A model generated the notes under the pieces. The model searched no databases and was not told where the DNA came from. It saw only the letters and a program-made list of their open reading frames with translations. The position numbers and the translations under genes were made by a program. Shown here one piece after another: positions 53,507-64,000 of a stretch of 64,000 nt of DNA. Within the stretch, counting starts at the first letter, position 1. Every line of letters begins with the position of its first letter. This DNA is from Microcoleus sp. (GTDB taxonomy: Bacteria > Cyanobacteriota > Cyanobacteriia > Cyanobacteriales > Microcoleaceae). The DNA lies in contig CP181291.1 in the NCBI GenBank assembly GCA_052279835.1, positions 2,176,001-2,240,000 on the forward strand, given 5' to 3'.

Positions 53507-55507
53507 CTAAGCTGCTCTGCGGCCGGAATCGAGTATCACCTCAGCCATCGTGAAATCGCGTTTAATTTTCAGACTATTGAGGTAGCCGATCGGATCGTCA
53601 GCATTAAACACCAAGCCATCAAACAAGGGAAGAGAACCGCGAGTATAAGTAATATCCGACATTCCCAACTCTCTCGCCGCCGTGCTGAAAGCGCCGACTC
53701 TAACAACCCGTTCCAGAATTTCCACCCAGTTGCGGGGAAACACAGTATCGCCCCAGCGCGCCATCTGCACCATGTGCCACAGTTGTTCAGTACGGCTGGG
53801 ACGGTTCACCCCATCTCCGCAGAACAAATGGTGGGCGTATTCCCGCATCGGACTGTCGAGGTTACAAGCATTAGATTTGGGATCGCCTAGTTGGATGTAA
53901 TTTTTGTCCGTGGCGACATACTCCCGTCCCGCGACAATTTCCGACACCTCAGCAGCGTGAGCTGGATCGGCACAATAGTGAGAAGCTTCCAGCAAAGCTT
54001 TGACTAGAGCAATGTGAGTGTTGGGATAAGCATTAGCCCAGTCTTCCCGCACCCCCAGAATTTTGGCGGGGTGTCCTGGCCACAGTTCCAAATCTGTCGC
54101 CACGGTAAAGCCGACTCCTTCGATGGAGGCCCGCAAGTTCCAAGGTTCGCCGACGCAGAAACCGTCAATAGTGCCACCTTGTAAGTCCACGATCATTTGA
54201 GCTGGAGGGATGTTTTTGAGCAAGACATCATGGTCGGGGTCAATGCCGCCGGAAGCCAGCCAGTAGCGTAGCAGCAGGTTGTGCATGGAAGAAGGGTGGA
54301 CGATCGCCATGCGGTGAGTTTGGGCCGGGGTTCTGTGCAGCATTTGCTTAAAGTCTGCCAGAGTGTAGATCCCTTGGTCGTAAAACCGCTTGGCGAGGGT
54401 AATTCCGTTACCGTTGCGGCTCATGGTGAGGGCTGTAACCGTCGGTATGGGCTTCTCTTGGTGGCCCCCCAAGCTCAACCACATTGCCATGCCAGAGGGC
54501 ATTTGGGCTGCGTCTAAGTAACCTGCGGCGATGCCGTCTACGATGCCGCGCCAGCTTGTTTCGCGCACCAGGTGGACTTCATCGAGGCCGTGCTTGGCAA
54601 AAAAGCCTTTTTCTTTGGCGACGGCTAGGGGAGCGCAGGCTGCGAGGGGGACGAAGCCTAGTTCTAGGTTGACTTTTTCCAGTCCATGACGGGCGATCGC
54701 CGGTACTTTCCGCGCCCGCAGTTTTTTCACCCGTTTTTGCTGGTTGAGGAAGTAAATCATTTCGCTGCGTAGAGCGTAGTAACTGGGGTGTGAGACTACT
54801 TCCATCCGCTTGCGGGGGCGGGGGATGTCTACTTCCAAAATCCCGCCAATCTTCGATTCTGGGCCGTTGGTGAGCATGACGATGCGATCGCTCAGCAATA
54901 CTGCCTCATCCACATCGTGAGTCACCATCAGGGCGCTGATTTCATACTCTTGGCAAATTTCCATCAACTTTTCTTGCAAGTTGCCGCGAGTTAAGGCGTC
55001 GAGGGCACCGAAGGGTTCGTCTAAGAGTAACAGTTTAGGACGCAGGGCGAGGGCACGGGCGATCGCCACGCGCTGTTTTTGTCCGCCGGAAAGCAGTGCA
55101 GGCTGTTTTTCCGAGTGGGGGCCCAAGCCTACCATATCAATGTGTTTTTGGATGATTTCTAGGCGTTCGGCTTTGGGTAAGCCGTTCATCACTGAGTCTA
55201 CGGCTAGGGTAATGTTTTCCCTGACTGTTCGCCAAGGTAGGAGCGAATAGTTTTGGAAGACTACCATGCGATCTGGGCCAGGTTGAGTGATTCTTTGTCC
55301 TTCGATCGTCACCAGCCCTTCTGTAGGCAAATCCAAACCAGCCACCATGTTGAGTAGCGTAGATTTCCCACAGCCCGAGTGTCCGATTAAGGAAATAAAT
55401 TCACCTTTTTTAATCTCCAGATCGATGCCTTTGAGTGCAACATAGGTGCCACCGTCTGATAGATTAAAAACTTTTTGGAGTTGTTCTACTGCAATCAAAA
55501 CAGACAT
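53507..55507 (-). CDS. cmpC: Bicarbonate ABC transporter ATP-binding subunit C
   Basis: ABC domain fused to an NrtA/CmpA-like C-terminal domain. Confidence 0.82.
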   Translation of the reverse strand: MSVLIAVEQLQKVFNLSDGGTYVALKGIDLEIKKGEFISLIGHSGCGKSTLLNMVAGLDLPTEGLVTIEGQRITQPGPDRMVVFQNYSLLPWRTVRENITLAVDSVMNGLPKAERLEIIQKHIDMVGLGPHSEKQPALLSGGQKQRVAIARALALRPKLLLLDEPFGALDALTRGNLQEKLMEICQEYEISALMVTHDVDEAVLLSDRIVMLTNGPESKIGGILEVDIPRPRKRMEVVSHPSYYALRSEMIYFLNQQKRVKKLRARKVPAIARHGLEKVNLELGFVPLAACAPLAVAKEKGFFAKHGLDEVHLVRETSWRGIVDGIAAGYLDAAQMPSGMAMWLSLGGHQEKPIPTVTALTMSRNGNGITLAKRFYDQGIYTLADFKQMLHRTPAQTHRMAIVHPSSMHNLLLRYWLASGGIDPDHDVLLKNIPPAQMIVDLQGGTIDGFCVGEPWNLRASIEGVGFTVATDLELWPGHPAKILGVREDWANAYPNTHIALVKALLEASHYCADPAHAAEVSEIVAGREYVATDKNYIQLGDPKSNACNLDSPMREYAHHLFCGDGVNRPSRTEQLWHMVQMARWGDTVFPRNWVEILERVVRVGAFSTAARELGMSDITYTRGSLPLFDGLVFNADDPIGYLNSLKIKRDFTMAEVILDSGRRAA

Positions 55508-55571
55508 GATTTTCTTGCCTTTTTTGTAGGTTGGTTTTTTAGCTAGATAATGTCGCTTTTAGTCGAGTCTA

Positions 55572-55760
55572 GATCCCCCTAAATCCCCCTTAAGAAGGGG
55601 GACTTCGATCGATTTTAACTGGTTCCTAGGCTCTGCCTGGTTAACTGGTTCCTAGGCTCTGCCTGGTTAACTGGTTCCTAGGCTCTGCCTCACTTGTCTA
55701 GGAGTAAAATTCGAGGCAGAGCCTCTGGATCTGCGTTTCCAGGCTCTTCCTGGGAACGAG
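55572..55760. repeat. Composite repeats: CCCCCTAAATCCCCCTTAAGAAGGGGGACT plus three TTAACTGGTTCCTAGGCTCTGCC units
   Basis: Related copies at about 39085-39120, 30495-30546 and 37455-37620. Confidence 0.8.
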
Positions 55761-55784
55761 TAGATTTGCCTGGTTAAGTAGAAA

Positions 55785-56630
55785 CTACTTTCCTTGACTA
55801 GGAGCAATTTTTTGCTGCAACCAAGCCATCAGGCGATCGAGCATCAAACCAACTGCTCCAATATAGAAAACAGCTAATAGAATTTCGCTGATGTAGTTTT
55901 GTTGGTAAGCATTCCAAATAAAGAAACCAATACCCGTAATCCCCGACATCACAATTTCCGCAGCAATAATCGCCAGCCAAGCCAAACCGATCGCAATTCT
56001 CAATCCTGTGAAGATATAAGGAAGTGCTGACGGAAACAAAATATTGATGTAATATTCCTGACGAGACAGTTGCAGCACTTTCGCCACGTTATTATAGTCA
56101 TCGGGAATTTGGCGGACACCTTCTGTTGTGTTAATTAAAATCGGCCAAACTGAAGTAATAAAAATCACGAACAAAGCAGCAGGTTCGTTTTGTTGTAATG
56201 CAGCCAGGGCGATCGGTACCCAAGCCAAAGGAGCCACCATCCGCAAAAACTGGAAAATCGGATCTAAAGCCTTATTTAAAAAAGGATTTGTCCCTACCAC
56301 AACCCCCAGGCTAATTCCCACAAGAGCCGCGAGAGTGTAGCCTTTTGCCACCCGTTCCAAACTAGCCAAAGTCTGCCAAAACAAACCGACTCCGTAGGTT
56401 TTGGAGTTCATGAAAGGATACATCAACAAGACGCGAGTCCGTTCATCAGTCCAAACGCTAGTCGGTCCCGGCAACTTGATAATTCCCGTGCTAGACAAGA
56501 ATTGCCAAACAAACAGAAATCCAATTATTCCTAGGATTGGTGGCAATAAATTTTGGGAATTCTTTTTCCAAAATTCGCCAAATGCTCCTTGGACATCGAC
56601 TCCGCCCTTGCGATTTGTGCTTACAGCCAT
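55785..56630 (-). CDS. cmpB: Bicarbonate ABC transporter permease
   Basis: PIFQFLRMVAPLAWVP, WLAIIAAEIVM. Confidence 0.82.
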   Translation of the reverse strand: MAVSTNRKGGVDVQGAFGEFWKKNSQNLLPPILGIIGFLFVWQFLSSTGIIKLPGPTSVWTDERTRVLLMYPFMNSKTYGVGLFWQTLASLERVAKGYTLAALVGISLGVVVGTNPFLNKALDPIFQFLRMVAPLAWVPIALAALQQNEPAALFVIFITSVWPILINTTEGVRQIPDDYNNVAKVLQLSRQEYYINILFPSALPYIFTGLRIAIGLAWLAIIAAEIVMSGITGIGFFIWNAYQQNYISEILLAVFYIGAVGLMLDRLMAWLQQKIAPSQGK

Positions 56631-56709
56631 GCTGCTAATCTCCTATGTTGGTGCTATTTGTTTGCAAAACTAAATTTTCTCAACTTTCATTATGGGAAGC
56701 TGTTACCCA

Positions 56710-58110
56710 TCACACTTTTTTAATTGCTAAACTCTTGAGATATTCTTCGGGATTTTCCGGGTTAAATTCTTTCCCGTCAAAGAACTTTTCAATGCCACGA
56801 GACGTATTTTTGGGAATTTCAGCATCAGGAACTCCTGCTAATTTTGCTGCTGCTTTCCACAAATCGCCACGGTTGACTTTACCAATAATTTCTTTCTTTT
56901 CTGACAAAGTTTTTGTCGGCAAGAAACCCCAGCGAATGCTTTCGGTTAAGAACCACAAATCATGGCTTGCGTAGGGATAAGAAACGTTGCCGATGTCGTC
57001 TTTCCAGTACAGCGGACTCATCTTGAAGTCATTGATGTCTGGTTTGGCGTCGCCCATGACATATTTGCCTTCATAAGGAGGGTTCAAAACTGCTGGAGAT
57101 ACGTCAAAGAAGTTTTTACCCGAAACAATGCTCACTAATTCGGCTCGATGTTCGGGCTTGTCGCACCACTGCTGTGCTTCGATTAGTCCTGCTAGCAGCG
57201 CTTCGGTGGCTTTCGGGTGTTTGTCTACCCAATCACCGCGAATTGCGAGATATTCTTCTGGGTGCCCTTTCCAGATTTCGGCTGTCAAAGCTGACATGAA
57301 GCCGATTTTTTCGTTGACAATGCGCAGGGGCCAGGGGTCGCCTGTGCTGAAACCGTCCATGCTTCCGGTTTTCATGTTGGCCACAGTTTGGGCTGCCGGT
57401 ACTGTCAGCAAACTGACATCTGTATCGGGATTGATGCCGTTAGCAGCTAGCCAGTACCGAATCCACAAATCTTGGTTGACTTTGGGAAAAGTATAGGCTG
57501 CTTTGAAGGGGGTGCCTGCTTTGGCAAGATCTTTGATGTAGTTTTGGGCCGCTTGGTCTAGTTTAAGTCCAAGGCCTTTGCCTTGGTGTTTGCCCGCGAT
57601 CGCAATTCCATTTCCCTGAGTGTTTAACTGCGCCAGAACATACATCGGGATTTGGACGCTGTTTTTAGTAATCAGACCTTTACTAATTAGATAAGGCATG
57701 GGCATTTGCCACTGGCCGCCGTCAATCCCACCGCCTGCGGAGCCGATTTCTACGTTGTCTCTGGCCGAACCCCAGTTGGCTTGTTTCGCAACTACGACAT
57801 CCGTCATGCCATACTTGGCAAAAAAGCCTTTTTCTTGGGCAATGATTAAAGGTGCTGCTTCGACGATGGGGATGTATCCCAAGGTGATCTTAGTGCTTTC
57901 AATTCCTTCGACTCTTTTCTCGTTGGCAACAGCAACTGGTGATGTTGCCACAGGTGCTGTCCCTGAGCCAGCAGTGCTACCAGCGCCCGCACTACCAGTG
58001 GGTTCTGGGGGATTTCCCAGACAGCCTTTGAGTAATATTGAACTGACAGCAGATGCACCTGCGGTGACGATAAATTTACGTCTGGAAAAATTCTCTGAAA
58101 ATTTTGTCAT
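56710..58110 (-). CDS. cmpA: Bicarbonate-binding lipoprotein
   Basis: SRRKF...LKGC lipoprotein signal; WGSARDN and [11 protein letters not shown] are CmpA-type (NrtA has GAHILTPMP at this position). Confidence 0.85.
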   Translation of the reverse strand: MTKFSENFSRRKFIVTAGASAVSSILLKGCLGNPPEPTGSAGAGSTAGSGTAPVATSPVAVANEKRVEGIESTKITLGYIPIVEAAPLIIAQEKGFFAKYGMTDVVVAKQANWGSARDNVEIGSAGGGIDGGQWQMPMPYLISKGLITKNSVQIPMYVLAQLNTQGNGIAIAGKHQGKGLGLKLDQAAQNYIKDLAKAGTPFKAAYTFPKVNQDLWIRYWLAANGINPDTDVSLLTVPAAQTVANMKTGSMDGFSTGDPWPLRIVNEKIGFMSALTAEIWKGHPEEYLAIRGDWVDKHPKATEALLAGLIEAQQWCDKPEHRAELVSIVSGKNFFDVSPAVLNPPYEGKYVMGDAKPDINDFKMSPLYWKDDIGNVSYPYASHDLWFLTESIRWGFLPTKTLSEKKEIIGKVNRGDLWKAAAKLAGVPDAEIPKNTSRGIEKFFDGKEFNPENPEEYLKSLAIKKV

Positions 58111-58242
58111 AGCCTAGCCTCGCTGCAATCCATAATCTTCTGTAACGACATCACTGAAGTTTATCAAGGCGCTTTTTTGCTGTTTGCTAATTGGGTTTAG
58201 CGAACTCTTTTGAGCGCAGGTTAGCAGTACGGAGTCAAAGAT

Positions 58243-58270
58243 TTATGGTTAGCATAAGTCTTTAGACTAT
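58243..58270. promoter_or_regulatory. Candidate LysR (CmpR-type) binding site upstream of cmpA
   Basis: TTATG-GTTAG-CATAA dyad containing T-N11-A. Confidence 0.4.
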
Positions 58271-58923
58271 CCCTACTGATTTGATTCTTTTGATTAAATC
58301 GATATTGGGGTCAGCCCTGTTGTGTGAGCGACGCTGGTTGCGATCCCCACGTTTTATTGGCTTGATGATCAAGTCTACCGTAATCTGGCAGTAATTCTAA
58401 AACAATTATTAAATTTGACTTATAAGTAAATGTTTTCGGATGTGGCTATCAATAAGCAATGGTTGACTATGGCCTGCTGGTTTGCTTATCAAAACTGTTT
58501 CAAACAAAGACTTGTAGCTCAAGGGCTGTAGCGAAGAGCGAGCGGGGGGCCTTCAAATCTATTGTCAATAAGCTCTCAACATCTGAGCGATCGGACATTT
58601 ACTTTGTTAATGTATGTATATTTTTTTTAAGGTTGGGATGAATTGTGTTCTAGGATACAGTAAATTAAAATTGATAGGAATTAGGCAAAAAACCCGGTTT
58701 ATGAGAAAAAATCGTCGCTCTATCGCCTGAGATGTTGACGCAGAAGCCGGGTTTTTGACCCCCCGTGTGTCCAGGACTGATAGACTTAAAAATAACTCAA
58801 CAGGAATCCCGCCTGAAGTTACCCTCGAAGGGGAACTTCAGTTTAAGTTGTCACCAATGGGCTATGCCTAGTAACCAGTAAAATGAGTAATTTAAAAATC
58901 CACCATAAACCGCAAACAACGGT

Positions 58924-59619
58924 TTAATTTTGTTGAGGTTCCATCATCGTAGCCCAGCGGCGTTTCAATGCCAAAGTTAGTCCATCAGCAATCGGGATCA
59001 CACTGAGAGTTACTCTGGGATCGTTACGCAATTTGTCGTTGAAACTACGAAGGGCTAGGGTACTTTGGTCTTGTACTTGAGGATCGGCAACTCGTCCTGA
59101 CCACAGAACATTGTCAATTACAATTAAGCCGCCATTCCGTACCAGTTGGAGCGATCGCTCAAAATAAGCTTCATAATTTTCTTTATCCGCATCAATGAAA
59201 GCAAAATCAAAAGTTCCTGCTTGTCCTTCGGCGATAAGCTGATCGAGAGTATGAATTGCCGGGCCCAAGTGCAAAGCAATCTTGTGGGCGACACCCGCTG
59301 CTGCCCAATAGCGACGCGCGATATCCGTATATTCTTCGCTGACATCACAAGCCACAATTTTTCCGTTGGAAGGTAGTGCTAAAGCTACGCACAGGGAGCT
59401 ATATCCCGTAAACACCCCAACTTCTAAGGTTTTTGTCGCTCCCATGAGTTGCACCAGTATCTCCATAAACTGACCTTGTTCAGGAGCGATTTGCATCATA
59501 CCCATAGGATGTTTAGCAGTTTCTTCTCGCAGTTGCTGAAGAATATCTGGCTCCCGCAGGGAAATAGATAATAGATAATCGTAAAGTTGATTTTCTAGAC
59601 CAAGAGTTGAGTTCGCCAT
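58924..59619 (-). CDS. CCoAOMT-like O-methyltransferase
   Basis: LEVGVFTGYS, FDFAFIDADK, DNVLWSG. Confidence 0.93.
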   Translation of the reverse strand: MANSTLGLENQLYDYLLSISLREPDILQQLREETAKHPMGMMQIAPEQGQFMEILVQLMGATKTLEVGVFTGYSSLCVALALPSNGKIVACDVSEEYTDIARRYWAAAGVAHKIALHLGPAIHTLDQLIAEGQAGTFDFAFIDADKENYEAYFERSLQLVRNGGLIVIDNVLWSGRVADPQVQDQSTLALRSFNDKLRNDPRVTLSVIPIADGLTLALKRRWATMMEPQQN

Positions 59620-60064
59620 CGGTTTGTCCTTGCTGCTGACTTGTGATTTTAAGTAGTAGACGCGCAGATATTAGATGAAGACGCTAGAGTCAATTGTAGA
59701 TGCTGTGCGTCCAGGACTGAGTTAGAGACACGCAACTGGCAGAACGCGCGATCGCCATCCAAATCAGTTTATCTCAGCCCTAGCTGATTCTGCTGCTGTA
59801 TGAGAGTTGTCCCAAAATAACAGTCAAAAACAGGCTGTTGAGGCCTGTTCCACAGGAATTATGGGAGATTTATTTGACTACTGACAGGGACTACTTGGCA
59901 ATAGGAAGCTTTCTTAACTGTCACACTCTTGTTAGATATCCAAAGCCCCTACGCAAGGGCTGGCCATTTAGTTGAATAGGAAGCTTTCCTAACTGTCACA
60001 CTCTTTTCACCTCGTCCTGCAAACCCACGCACAATCAAAACAACATTCCGCAAAGGCGATCGCA

Positions 60065-60835
60065 ATGTATTACACTTTCGCAGGTTTTGGTGCCAGCACA
60101 GGCATATTTTTACTATTAGTTTTTGCCATTCTGCAATGGTTGCACATCCCCGCCGGCAGCTTCATTGATTGGGTAATTGCCATTGCTATTTTTGAATGGT
60201 TATTGTTGATAGTTACAGTTCCGTGGAATATCCATTTTGAAGCTAAAGAAGTTTTAGCCCAAGCCACAGAATCAACCGAAAAAGGTATTGTAGTTGACGA
60301 CAAACAAGTCAAATACGTTACTGTATTAGTTAGTCGATCGCTCCTGGTGGCCATCGGACTGCACCTCTTGAGCGCGATCGCCCTTTACACCCTAGCCGCC
60401 ACCGGAATTAGCGCAATTGGCTATCTCAGTTCGGGTGCTGCACTGCTGTTAACTATACTGCGCCCAGCGATTAGAGGTTATCAATATTTAGCAGCGCGGC
60501 TGACAATGATTCGCCGTCAATTTTTGCACCCCCGCGAAGATATTCTCGAACTCCGCAGCCGCTTCGCCAACTTAGAATCTACCATTAACAATTTAGAAGC
60601 TAAGTTCAACTCTAACGATCCGAATTCTTGGGTAGCTATCCAAGAGCGACAGCAGGAAGCTAACACAAGAGACTTAACTCGACTAGCAGCATCTCTACAA
60701 GACTTGACTGCTACAAATCAGGCAGAACATACTAAACTGACAAGAGATGCAGAAAGTGCGATCGCCCAACTCACCGATGACGGAAAATTCCTCAACCACG
60801 TCCGCGAAATCATCCGATTTTTCAAAGAAGCATAA
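60065..60835 (+). CDS. Conserved membrane protein with coiled-coil C-terminus
   Basis: Four TM segments, VPWNIHFEAK. Confidence 0.8.
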   Translation: MYYTFAGFGASTGIFLLLVFAILQWLHIPAGSFIDWVIAIAIFEWLLLIVTVPWNIHFEAKEVLAQATESTEKGIVVDDKQVKYVTVLVSRSLLVAIGLHLLSAIALYTLAATGISAIGYLSSGAALLLTILRPAIRGYQYLAARLTMIRRQFLHPREDILELRSRFANLESTINNLEAKFNSNDPNSWVAIQERQQEANTRDLTRLAASLQDLTATNQAEHTKLTRDAESAIAQLTDDGKFLNHVREIIRFFKEA

Positions 60836-61167
60836 ACTACCAGCCAATGCCCATTCCCCATTTTCTACCTTTAGATAGATGTCAAATAGAGGCGATCGGT
60901 AAGTTTGGGGGGTAAAAATTGATGAGACCACTCCCATAATTATTGTCGAACACGCATCTCTTCGACCAAGCTGAGGGGAAACCGCCTGCGTGTTCTTGAC
61001 TGTCTTTTGAGGAGATTTCTATGAGCAAGAGTTTTTTTATTCCTTCTGTCATAAGCTCTATCGTCAGGAAACTATAACCAAAGATAGTTAGGGAATCCCT
61101 GAGCTTAAGTCTAGTATTTAAACATAGGTCAAAGACACTTTTTGAAAAAATAACCCAGGAATAAATC

Positions 61168-61584
61168 ATGAGTATTAGCAAAGCAACACCAACAGATGTA
61201 GAAATCGAAGCTAATATGCAAGCCCCCCACTACGACAGGGGCATCACTCCTGCCGAAACAGCAGCGCGGCAAGAACGTGAAGGTAGCAACTTCATGCACA
61301 CAACCACAGAACAACATCAGCAAGATGCCAAAACTGATGACCAAACTGATGATGAAAGTATTCGTACTACAGATGGCTATACAGTAGACAAAGAAGGTCT
61401 TGTTAACAATTACGCGATCGAACCCGAAATGTACATTGACGAACCGGGTGATTTGAGAGCAAAAGAAGAAGCAGAAGCCCAAGAACGCGCCCGTATCTTG
61501 GCAGAAATTAAAGATAAAAGAGGTGAAGAAGGTAAACTGACCGCCGAAACAGATATGCGTGGCAAAGGGCCAGGAATTATCTAA
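61168..61584 (+). CDS. Conserved acidic hypothetical protein
   Basis: YDRGITPAETAAR, DGYTVDKEGLVNNYAIEPEMY. Confidence 0.8.
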   Translation: MSISKATPTDVEIEANMQAPHYDRGITPAETAARQEREGSNFMHTTTEQHQQDAKTDDQTDDESIRTTDGYTVDKEGLVNNYAIEPEMYIDEPGDLRAKEEAEAQERARILAEIKDKRGEEGKLTAETDMRGKGPGII

Positions 61585-61690
61585 AATATCTGGTTGTGAC
61601 AGACTTTCTAAAAAAATATCAGACCCAGATTCCCGACTTCTTAAAGAAGTCGGGAATTTAACCACTATCGCATTCTACGTTTAAGTCACT

Positions 61691-63040
61691 TCAACTCGCA
61701 GATTGCATCAATTCATAAAGCCTCCTTACCAAAGCTTTAATTTTCGTGCCATATTGTAAATCCGCTGTCCAACGCCCACCGAGTCGATCGACTTCTGGAG
61801 CAATTCCCCGCGTCACAAAACGAAATCGGGGATCTACGAGTTCCTGAACCAAAGGTTCAATACTGGCGTAAGCTTTTAAATGTTGAATGTGAGCCCTAAC
61901 ACCGATGCGGGCGCTAGCGAAAGATGCACTTTCACTATCTCCCCCAACCGTAGCCAAACCTCCAAAATTGTTTTGAGTCGGTCTAATATTGTCACTAAAA
62001 CGCAAAAAATTAGTTTCTAAACACATTTGACAAAAAGCAATATCGTAGTTGACTCCTTCCACCCTCGCTTCTTCGCGATAAAGCTTTGCTATGTCAGGAA
62101 AAACCGTTAAAGCGCTGGGATTATTGGCTCTGAGAAACATCATTAACTGCACTTCAGTGGTGATTCCAGCACCCATAATTTTGCCAACTTGAGCAGGAGG
62201 CTGGATATTCGATCGCAAAACCACAGTCCGATTAGCATTATCCCAAGTAACTAATACTTGAAAATCCCGCAGTTCGATCGCCTGAACGTAGACAATATTC
62301 TTGTAATTAACGCGGCGAAGTCGGGCAATATTAGATAAATCAATGCCCAATCTATCCACTAGATCGATGGGAATATAAGCATTGCCATTAATTAAAACCC
62401 CCTGTTCTTCATAAATCCCACCATTGAGATTGATATTAATCGATCGATAAGTAATGGGGCTAGGAGTTGGAGGTTCCGCACGAGGGCGAATCCAAGTTTC
62501 CAATCCGTCAGCAATTCCCATCGCCATCTCTCCCCGCCGATTTTGAATCAAAAGGCGATCGTCCGGGTTCGTCAGAAAGCCCAGTTCCATTAACATCGAA
62601 GGAATAGAAACCCAGCGACAAAAAATCAGCCGTCCCAAACCCGTAGCCGTATCCGGTGTTGCGCCACGGTTAGGTAACTGCGGGAACCTCCGCAGCAAGG
62701 ACATAATCAGCATTTCCGCATCAGCTTTCCGCTGGTTGTTGGCGGCAATATAAAAAATACCGGCCCCGCGCACCGAGGGGTTAGAAGCGCCACTAGCTTG
62801 AATTTCCAAAGCCACATCGCCAATCCGAGACCGGGAGTTAATCCAGTCAATCGTTTGCACTTGACTGAGTTCATCCGGGACAGCCAGCACTTCCACAGCG
62901 CGCGATCGCAATTGGCCAACCACCAAGTCCCGAAGCAGGATCATTTCCCTGGCTTCAGTAGTTCCACCGGCTACTGTTCCGGGGTCTCTCGTCCCGTTTT
63001 CAAAGCCACCGTGACCCGCGGATAGAAAAATTCTCGCCAT
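61691..63040 (-). CDS. tftA: N-acetylmuramoyl-L-alanine amidase plus glucosaminidase-like domain (TftA-like)
   Basis: IFLSAGHGG, LMELGFLTN, FCQMCLET, QNNFGG, HIQHLKAYA. Confidence 0.75.
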   Translation of the reverse strand: MARIFLSAGHGGFENGTRDPGTVAGGTTEAREMILLRDLVVGQLRSRAVEVLAVPDELSQVQTIDWINSRSRIGDVALEIQASGASNPSVRGAGIFYIAANNQRKADAEMLIMSLLRRFPQLPNRGATPDTATGLGRLIFCRWVSIPSMLMELGFLTNPDDRLLIQNRRGEMAMGIADGLETWIRPRAEPPTPSPITYRSININLNGGIYEEQGVLINGNAYIPIDLVDRLGIDLSNIARLRRVNYKNIVYVQAIELRDFQVLVTWDNANRTVVLRSNIQPPAQVGKIMGAGITTEVQLMMFLRANNPSALTVFPDIAKLYREEARVEGVNYDIAFCQMCLETNFLRFSDNIRPTQNNFGGLATVGGDSESASFASARIGVRAHIQHLKAYASIEPLVQELVDPRFRFVTRGIAPEVDRLGGRWTADLQYGTKIKALVRRLYELMQSAS

Positions 63041-63058
63041 TTTTATTGTCTTTGAACA

Positions 63059-64000
63059 TTAACTTTTAGAGTTTAGAGGTTCGCCAAGCATTTTTTGATA
63101 AATTTCAACAATCTTTTCTGCCTTTTTATCCCAGGCAAATTCTTTGGCTTTTTCCATCGCCTTCGCGGACATACTTTCCCGCAGGCGATCGTCTTCAACC
63201 AACAGTTTAATTTTACTTGTCAACTCCTCGGTGAGATACTCCCTAGAATTTGGCTCTATCTTAAAACCAGTTTCTTCATTCACATATTCACCAATACCGC
63301 CATTATTGGCAACGATGCAGGGGAGCCCGCAAGCCATAGCTTCCATTACCACAGCTCCGCCAAACTCTCGGATAGAAGGAAAGCAAAAAATATCTGCTTT
63401 CTTGTAATAATCCAGAGTTTCTTGTTGATTCACCCATCCGGCAAAACTCACTATTTCCCCTAACTTAAGTTCCTGCACTCGGTTTTCCAAGTTATTTCTT
63501 TCCGGTCCGTCTCCCACTATTGTTAACCGGATTTTATTTTTAATTACAGGGTCTAATTTTCCAATCGATTCTATCACAATGTCGGCGCATTTGTAGGGGA
63601 CTAATCTGCCGACAAACAACAGATTTATCAAGCTAGCCTCTTTATTTTTGATATGGGTCGCATTTAAAAATTCATCGGAAATGCCATTTTCGTAGAACAA
63701 ATCAATTCTTTCATCAGGGATGGCAAATAAATCTTTGAGCATATTCAAAGTATAGGTTGAACCTGCTAAGATTTTGTCAGCTTTTTTGTAAGTTTCTACA
63801 TAACCTGGAATTAAGGCTCGACCGACTGCTCTCAAAAAGTTGAATTGAGCAAATTCTTGTTTTGCCGTTTCTTGAAAGCCTGGTGGGAAGGGAATGCCCC
63901 CATTCACAGGCCCTAGAATAAAAGGAGTCTGCTGACATACAGTGACTACTTTAAACGGATACCGTGGCATCATCGGGGTAATGGCATGAACTATGTCATA
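63059..64000 (-). CDS. GT4 glycosyltransferase, 5' end outside the window
   Basis: FVGRLVPYK, PSIREFGGAVVMEAMACGLP; the frame stays open to the edge (YDIVHAITPMMPR). Confidence 0.92.
   Translation of the reverse strand, partial: YDIVHAITPMMPRYPFKVVTVCQQTPFILGPVNGGIPFPPGFQETAKQEFAQFNFLRAVGRALIPGYVETYKKADKILAGSTYTLNMLKDLFAIPDERIDLFYENGISDEFLNATHIKNKEASLINLLFVGRLVPYKCADIVIESIGKLDPVIKNKIRLTIVGDGPERNNLENRVQELKLGEIVSFAGWVNQQETLDYYKKADIFCFPSIREFGGAVVMEAMACGLPCIVANNGGIGEYVNEETGFKIEPNSREYLTEELTSKIKLLVEDDRLRESMSAKAMEKAKEFAWDKKAEKIVEIYQKMLGEPLNSKS

Noticed and set aside
52505..58110. Nitrate transporter nrtABCD
   Set aside because: The binding protein has the CmpA-type GGQWQMPMP motif and no nirA/narB is adjacent.

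Overview
Chromosomal window from a filamentous, phycoerythrin-containing cyanobacterium (Oscillatoriales-like; abundant HIP1 GCGATCGC and many families of short dispersed palindromic repeats). Housekeeping content: cpeBA-cpeYZ, a surface-glycan cluster (rfbC, rfbD, GT2, three large polytopic membrane proteins, SGNH), ArsA/Get3-like ATPase, petP, glutaminase, PPK2-family pap, ABC transporters, a multi-sensor histidine kinase, the cmpABCD bicarbonate transporter, an O-methyltransferase and a TftA-like amidase. The most striking region is 6.1-16.5 kb. A consensus promoter overlapped by TGTAGTA direct repeats and followed by an rrn-type boxB/boxA leader precedes a small ubiquitin-like ORF ending in AVYG, an array of five Y-RNA-like ncRNAs and a Ro60/TROVE-like vWA protein. 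After a block of accessory genes come a protein with an E2-like GICL motif and a ThiF/E1 enzyme. The five ncRNAs share one scaffold but carry tRNA-mimic modules in different circular permutations. My inference is a Ro/Y-RNA system coupled to ubiquitin-like conjugation; I cannot confirm its novelty without database searches. Also present: a TPR-CHAT (caspase-like) three-gene module with in-frame repeat insertions, and three single-base frameshifts that may be assembly errors. All protein family calls come from motif recognition by eye, not from searches.
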